Shown in pieces: positions 28,505 to 31,404 of a stretch of 31,404 nucleotides of DNA. A program made the translations under genes and the position numbers. The notes below the pieces were generated by a model. The model searched no databases and was not told the DNA's origin. It saw only the letters and a program-made list of their open reading frames with translations. The DNA comes from Candidatus Hydrogenedentota bacterium. GTDB taxonomy: Bacteria > Hydrogenedentota > Hydrogenedentia > Hydrogenedentales > SLHB01. Position 1 is the first letter of the stretch, and each line of letters starts with the position of its first letter. The DNA is taken from contig JARKSN010000314.1 in NCBI GenBank assembly GCA_029974275.1, positions 1 to 31,404 of the forward strand, in the 5' to 3' direction.

Positions 28505-28901
28505 AAGATTCGATAGCTGACAAGAGTAGAGACTTCGCGTATTTCAATGCCTTACCATTCAGCGGAAAAACAGTCTGTCTTTGTACTGCCATGCAATACA
28601 AAGCTAGGTTTTTTGTAGAGCATAAGGCGCTTATGTCGGTAAAAATGAAAAAAACTCTATATTAAATCAAAACAAGAACCCATTCCGATATGCGCCCCTC
28701 GGTTGTTCATTCACGAACATACGATTATTTTCGTTGATTTGCGGCGTCAAATCATGCCTCCTGGGATGTGGACGATCAGAGGCCTTCTTGCCACGACCAC
28801 AACACGATGGGATACGAACAGAGTGTATCCCAATCCGTTGGGATCGGTCGCCGACAGAGCATTCGAGACAGGAAAGGCGAGAGGAACATCCCCCCTAATC
28901 T

Positions 28902-29642
28902 CTACTCTCGCAAGTAGTCGCGGCTCTCTTTCAGATCGATGAAAGGGTCCCGTAGGTGCGTGTCGTGCTCGATAAAAATCCAAGCATCGTAACCAACGTC
29001 CTTGAGGGCCTTCATCACGGCAAGGTTGTCGAGGCCGATGTTGCCTTTGCCGAGACCGCAGAAGCGTCCGCCGGCAGAACGGCGTTCCTTGCCGGCCTCG
29101 GGATTCGTAACGAGCCAATCCTTGAGGTGGATCGAGGATAGCTTATCGGGATAGCGGCGCACGATTGCGACGGGATCGCCGTCCACTGCGGCCAAATGGG
29201 CCGTGTCCAGGACGAGGCCGCATTGAGGGCATTCCTTGAGGAAATGCTCCAGTTCGTCTTGCGTTTCGATGCGTGTGTCCATGTGGTTGTGCAAGGCGGC
29301 CGTGATGCCCCAGCGCATGCAGGCCTCGGCTTGGGCGCGGGCTTGGCGACAGAACGTGTCCATGTCGCGATCGCGTGAGACGGCCGTGACCCAGACATAG
29401 GCCTTGCCCAGGCCGGCGGTCCATTGAATGCTGGATTCCGGGTTGGGTCCCGCGCACGTGGCGAAATCCATGCCCAGGCGCTTGTATCGCGCCGCGCGAT
29501 GCAAAGCGTCGTCCGCGCTGACCGCATGCACGCGCTCGACGCCCTCAAACCCGATGCCTTTGAGCTTTGCCAACCGCTCCTCAATGTCGTAACAGGCCCC
29601 GTCCCACACGTTCATGCCGTAGTCGGCAACGCCAAATTTCAT
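28902..29642 (-). CDS. Sugar phosphate isomerase/epimerase (xylose-isomerase-like TIM barrel, IolE-like)
   Basis: ALHNHM, LDTAHL, IHLKD, LGKGNIG, WIFIEHD. GAGGAGGG RBS. Confidence 0.85.
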   Translation of the reverse strand: MKFGVADYGMNVWDGACYDIEERLAKLKGIGFEGVERVHAVSADDALHRAARYKRLGMDFATCAGPNPESSIQWTAGLGKAYVWVTAVSRDRDMDTFCRQARAQAEACMRWGITAALHNHMDTRIETQDELEHFLKECPQCGLVLDTAHLAAVDGDPVAIVRRYPDKLSSIHLKDWLVTNPEAGKERRSAGGRFCGLGKGNIGLDNLAVMKALKDVGYDAWIFIEHDTHLRDPFIDLKESRDYLRE

Positions 29643-29670
29643 TTCATTCCCTCCTCAAAAATTCAAGATT

Positions 29671-29787
29671 CACCACAAAGGCACAAAGGACACAGAGGAA
29701 CACAAAGAAGAGAAAGAAGCAGCTGTTTTTCTCTGCATCTCTGCGTCAAATTTTTCTTTCTCCCCTTAGCGCCGTTGCCTTTGTGTT
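29671..29787. repeat. REP-like imperfect palindromic element built of CACA(A/G)AG units
   Basis: CACAAAG/CACAGAG at 29674, 29682, 29691 and 29701, followed by complementary CTCTGC(G), CTTAGCG and CTTTGTG units. Confidence 0.65.
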
Positions 29788-29805
29788 AATTTCTAAATTG
29801 CGAAG

Positions 29806-31143
29806 CTAATCCTGCATGCCCGCAGGCGCCACCGGTTCCGCTTTGATCGCGGGGACGCCACGGTGTTGTGAGGCGATGGCCAGCGCGCTTTCCCACATGA
29901 CCTTTGCCTGGAAATGATCGCCGTTGTGCATCGCGGCGTACCCGCCGCTGATGCGCTTCTTGAACTCCTCCAGCCATGCCGGGGTCGGAATGCTCTGGAA
30001 GACAAAGGACTCCTGGTACTCCAGCAATACTTCCATGCAGGCCGCATAGGCTGCCAGCGCCTCATATTGCATGCGCGGCAAGATTGGGCGACGCTCCGCA
30101 AGACTGGGCAGCACAGGGAAAGGCGCGTGGGGCTCTTTTTGATACCAATAGACCACGCTCGAATAATCGTTCTCAAAATCGTTGGCGTGGCCGTGCTCGA
30201 TGGTCATCCGGATCGATTCGCCGAAGCGAATCGGATCGTTCAGGTACCAGCGGTACATCGCGTTCATGCCGCGAAACGTATCGCCGCCTTTGTTCTCGAT
30301 GAGATGAAACCCGGTGTACGGTCCCGCATACTCCGTGGCTGGACACGCGCCGCCGCCGAAGACTTCCTCCGAACCGGTGCCGTGAATCGACGGCGGCCAC
30401 GTGTCGCCATCGATGAAGATCATGTCGTCGCCTTCGCCGTACCAACCGCCCTGGATATTGTTGACCTGCAAATGAAGCCCCACGATGTGCCCTTCGCCCT
30501 TGGCTTCGAGCATGACGTAGTTGTCCTTGCCCGTGTCGTTGATGCGCGGGAACGCGCCCCGGTCTTTGAGGATGGGCGCATCGTACACGGTGGTGAGGCA
30601 TTCGCGCCGCCACTGCGCATGGAAACGGCCCAAGTCGTGCGGCAGTTTTCCATCGGGATAGCTCTCGTAATCGACGTGGCACCAGACTCGCCCGAGCGTG
30701 CCGCCGAACACACGCGCACTTTGGTTGACAAGTTCGATGCGGGCGCCGTTCTGGAAGGGCATCGGGAAATAGCAGTTGATGCCGTTGTTGACGCGGGGAA
30801 GGCCGCAACCGGGATTGATCGCCACCATCAACGAAGTGAACAAGCGCAGTGTGCAGTTGCTAATGCAAAAGAAATCGCCGAACGGCACTTCAACGCTTGG
30901 CGTTTCCTCGCCGTCCCAATACATGCGAATCACCGCATCGCGATAGTCCAGCGGATTCGGCTCGATAATCGTGAAATAGATGTGCGTGATCATCCCCGCG
31001 CCCGGAATTTCCGCCAATACGGAGGTCTGTCCGGGTTCAATGCGCCAGCAATCGTCGTTGCAGCCGTTTCGTTCCCACGTCGATTCGCGACGGCTGCGGC
31101 CGGAGGTTATGCGCGCAAGATGATCTCCTGAAACCCAGGCCAT
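29806..31143 (-). CDS. DUF2961 / glycoside hydrolase family 172-like protein
   Basis: GAGMITHIY, MYWDGEETPSVEVPFGDFF, NCYFPMPF, WYGEGDDMIFIDG, GTGSEE, IEHGHAN, SVVYWYQ. AAAGGAG RBS before 31143. Confidence 0.88.
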   Translation of the reverse strand: MAWVSGDHLARITSGRSRRESTWERNGCNDDCWRIEPGQTSVLAEIPGAGMITHIYFTIIEPNPLDYRDAVIRMYWDGEETPSVEVPFGDFFCISNCTLRLFTSLMVAINPGCGLPRVNNGINCYFPMPFQNGARIELVNQSARVFGGTLGRVWCHVDYESYPDGKLPHDLGRFHAQWRRECLTTVYDAPILKDRGAFPRINDTGKDNYVMLEAKGEGHIVGLHLQVNNIQGGWYGEGDDMIFIDGDTWPPSIHGTGSEEVFGGGACPATEYAGPYTGFHLIENKGGDTFRGMNAMYRWYLNDPIRFGESIRMTIEHGHANDFENDYSSVVYWYQKEPHAPFPVLPSLAERRPILPRMQYEALAAYAACMEVLLEYQESFVFQSIPTPAWLEEFKKRISGGYAAMHNGDHFQAKVMWESALAIASQHRGVPAIKAEPVAPAGMQD

Positions 31144-31224
31144 ACGGACTCCTTTCTGTTTGCAGGGGGCAATGCAGGCGGTCTGCGAAAAAAACGCATC
31201 GAACCCCAACCGGCATACGGGCGG

Positions 31225-31253
31225 AGGATACGCATTTGCTGTGTGCCCGTCAA
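31225..31253 (-). promoter_or_regulatory. Putative sigma70 promoter of the DUF2961 gene
   Basis: Minus strand TTGACG, 17 nt spacer, TATCCT. Confidence 0.6.
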
Positions 31254-31263
31254 CTTCCCGAGA

Positions 31264-31404
31264 CAGGGCTATCGCATTAAAAGTCACATAGCCAGGAGGA
31301 TTTCCTTGAGGTAGTCGTTGTCCCATCCGGCGATTTTTCGTTTTCCTTTGATGCTGGCTTTCTTGGTGGTGTTGGCTTTGAGCGCGTTCAGGGCGATTTT
31401 TCGG
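31264..31404 (-). mobile_element. ISAs1-family insertion sequence, right end (truncated by the window)
   Basis: Terminal IR CAGGGCTATCGCATTAA at 31264, immediately after the transposase stop. Confidence 0.82.
31284..31403 (-). CDS. ISAs1-family transposase, C-terminal fragment (5' part outside the window)
   Basis: Manual translation gives RKIALNALKANTTKKASIKGKRKIAGWDNDYLKEILLAM*, matching the ISAs1 C-terminal pattern R.IALN.L....SIK.KR..AGWD..YL. Confidence 0.85.
   Translation of the reverse strand, partial: RKIALNALKANTTKKASIKGKRKIAGWDNDYLKEILLAM

Noticed and set aside
28808..28832. TGGGATAC-N9-GTATCCCA inverted repeat
   Set aside because: A single 8-bp stem with no U-tract or second copy; insufficient support for a function.
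29671..29787. CRISPR array
   Set aside because: Units are 7-10 nt with no unique spacers and no cas genes; no CRISPR array was seen anywhere in the window.
31329..31403. GGCGATTTTTCG direct repeat as a regulatory site
   Set aside because: Both copies encode RKIA within the ISAs1 transposase tail.

Overview
GC-rich bacterial chromosomal window. The style of the DUF1559/prepilin-like proteins suggests Candidatus Hydrogenedentota or a PVC-like lineage (inference). From left to right: serC; tRNA-Leu(CAG) carrying a 4.16-kb integrated element bounded by 120-bp direct repeats; a sat / AlkP-family phosphodiesterase / degenerate CysC-like / GT4 cluster; an M24 peptidase; an RRM protein; a sugar-1-P nucleotidyltransferase; sdhCAB preceded by a NifA-like sigma54 activator; a REC-GGDEF cyclase; a cobalamin riboswitch with attenuator controlling a three-gene surface-protein operon; ribD-ribE; rlmN; a lipoprotein; a second DUF1559 protein; a TIM-barrel sugar isomerase; a DUF2961/GH172 protein; and the right end of an ISAs1-family IS that the ORF track misses. 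The integrated element encodes a tyrosine integrase, an AlpA/Xis, a frameshifted DnaB-N/RepA-type helicase and a PD-(D/E)XK-like protein, and it carries arm-type repeats and a lambda-cos-like motif. The two best candidates for undescribed systems are this minimalist cos-type phage satellite and the B12-riboswitch operon (beta-propeller, BtuH-like anchored protein, pilin-like H-X9-DG protein), which has no TonB receptor or ABC transporter in it. All family assignments come from motif recognition; no database searches were run.
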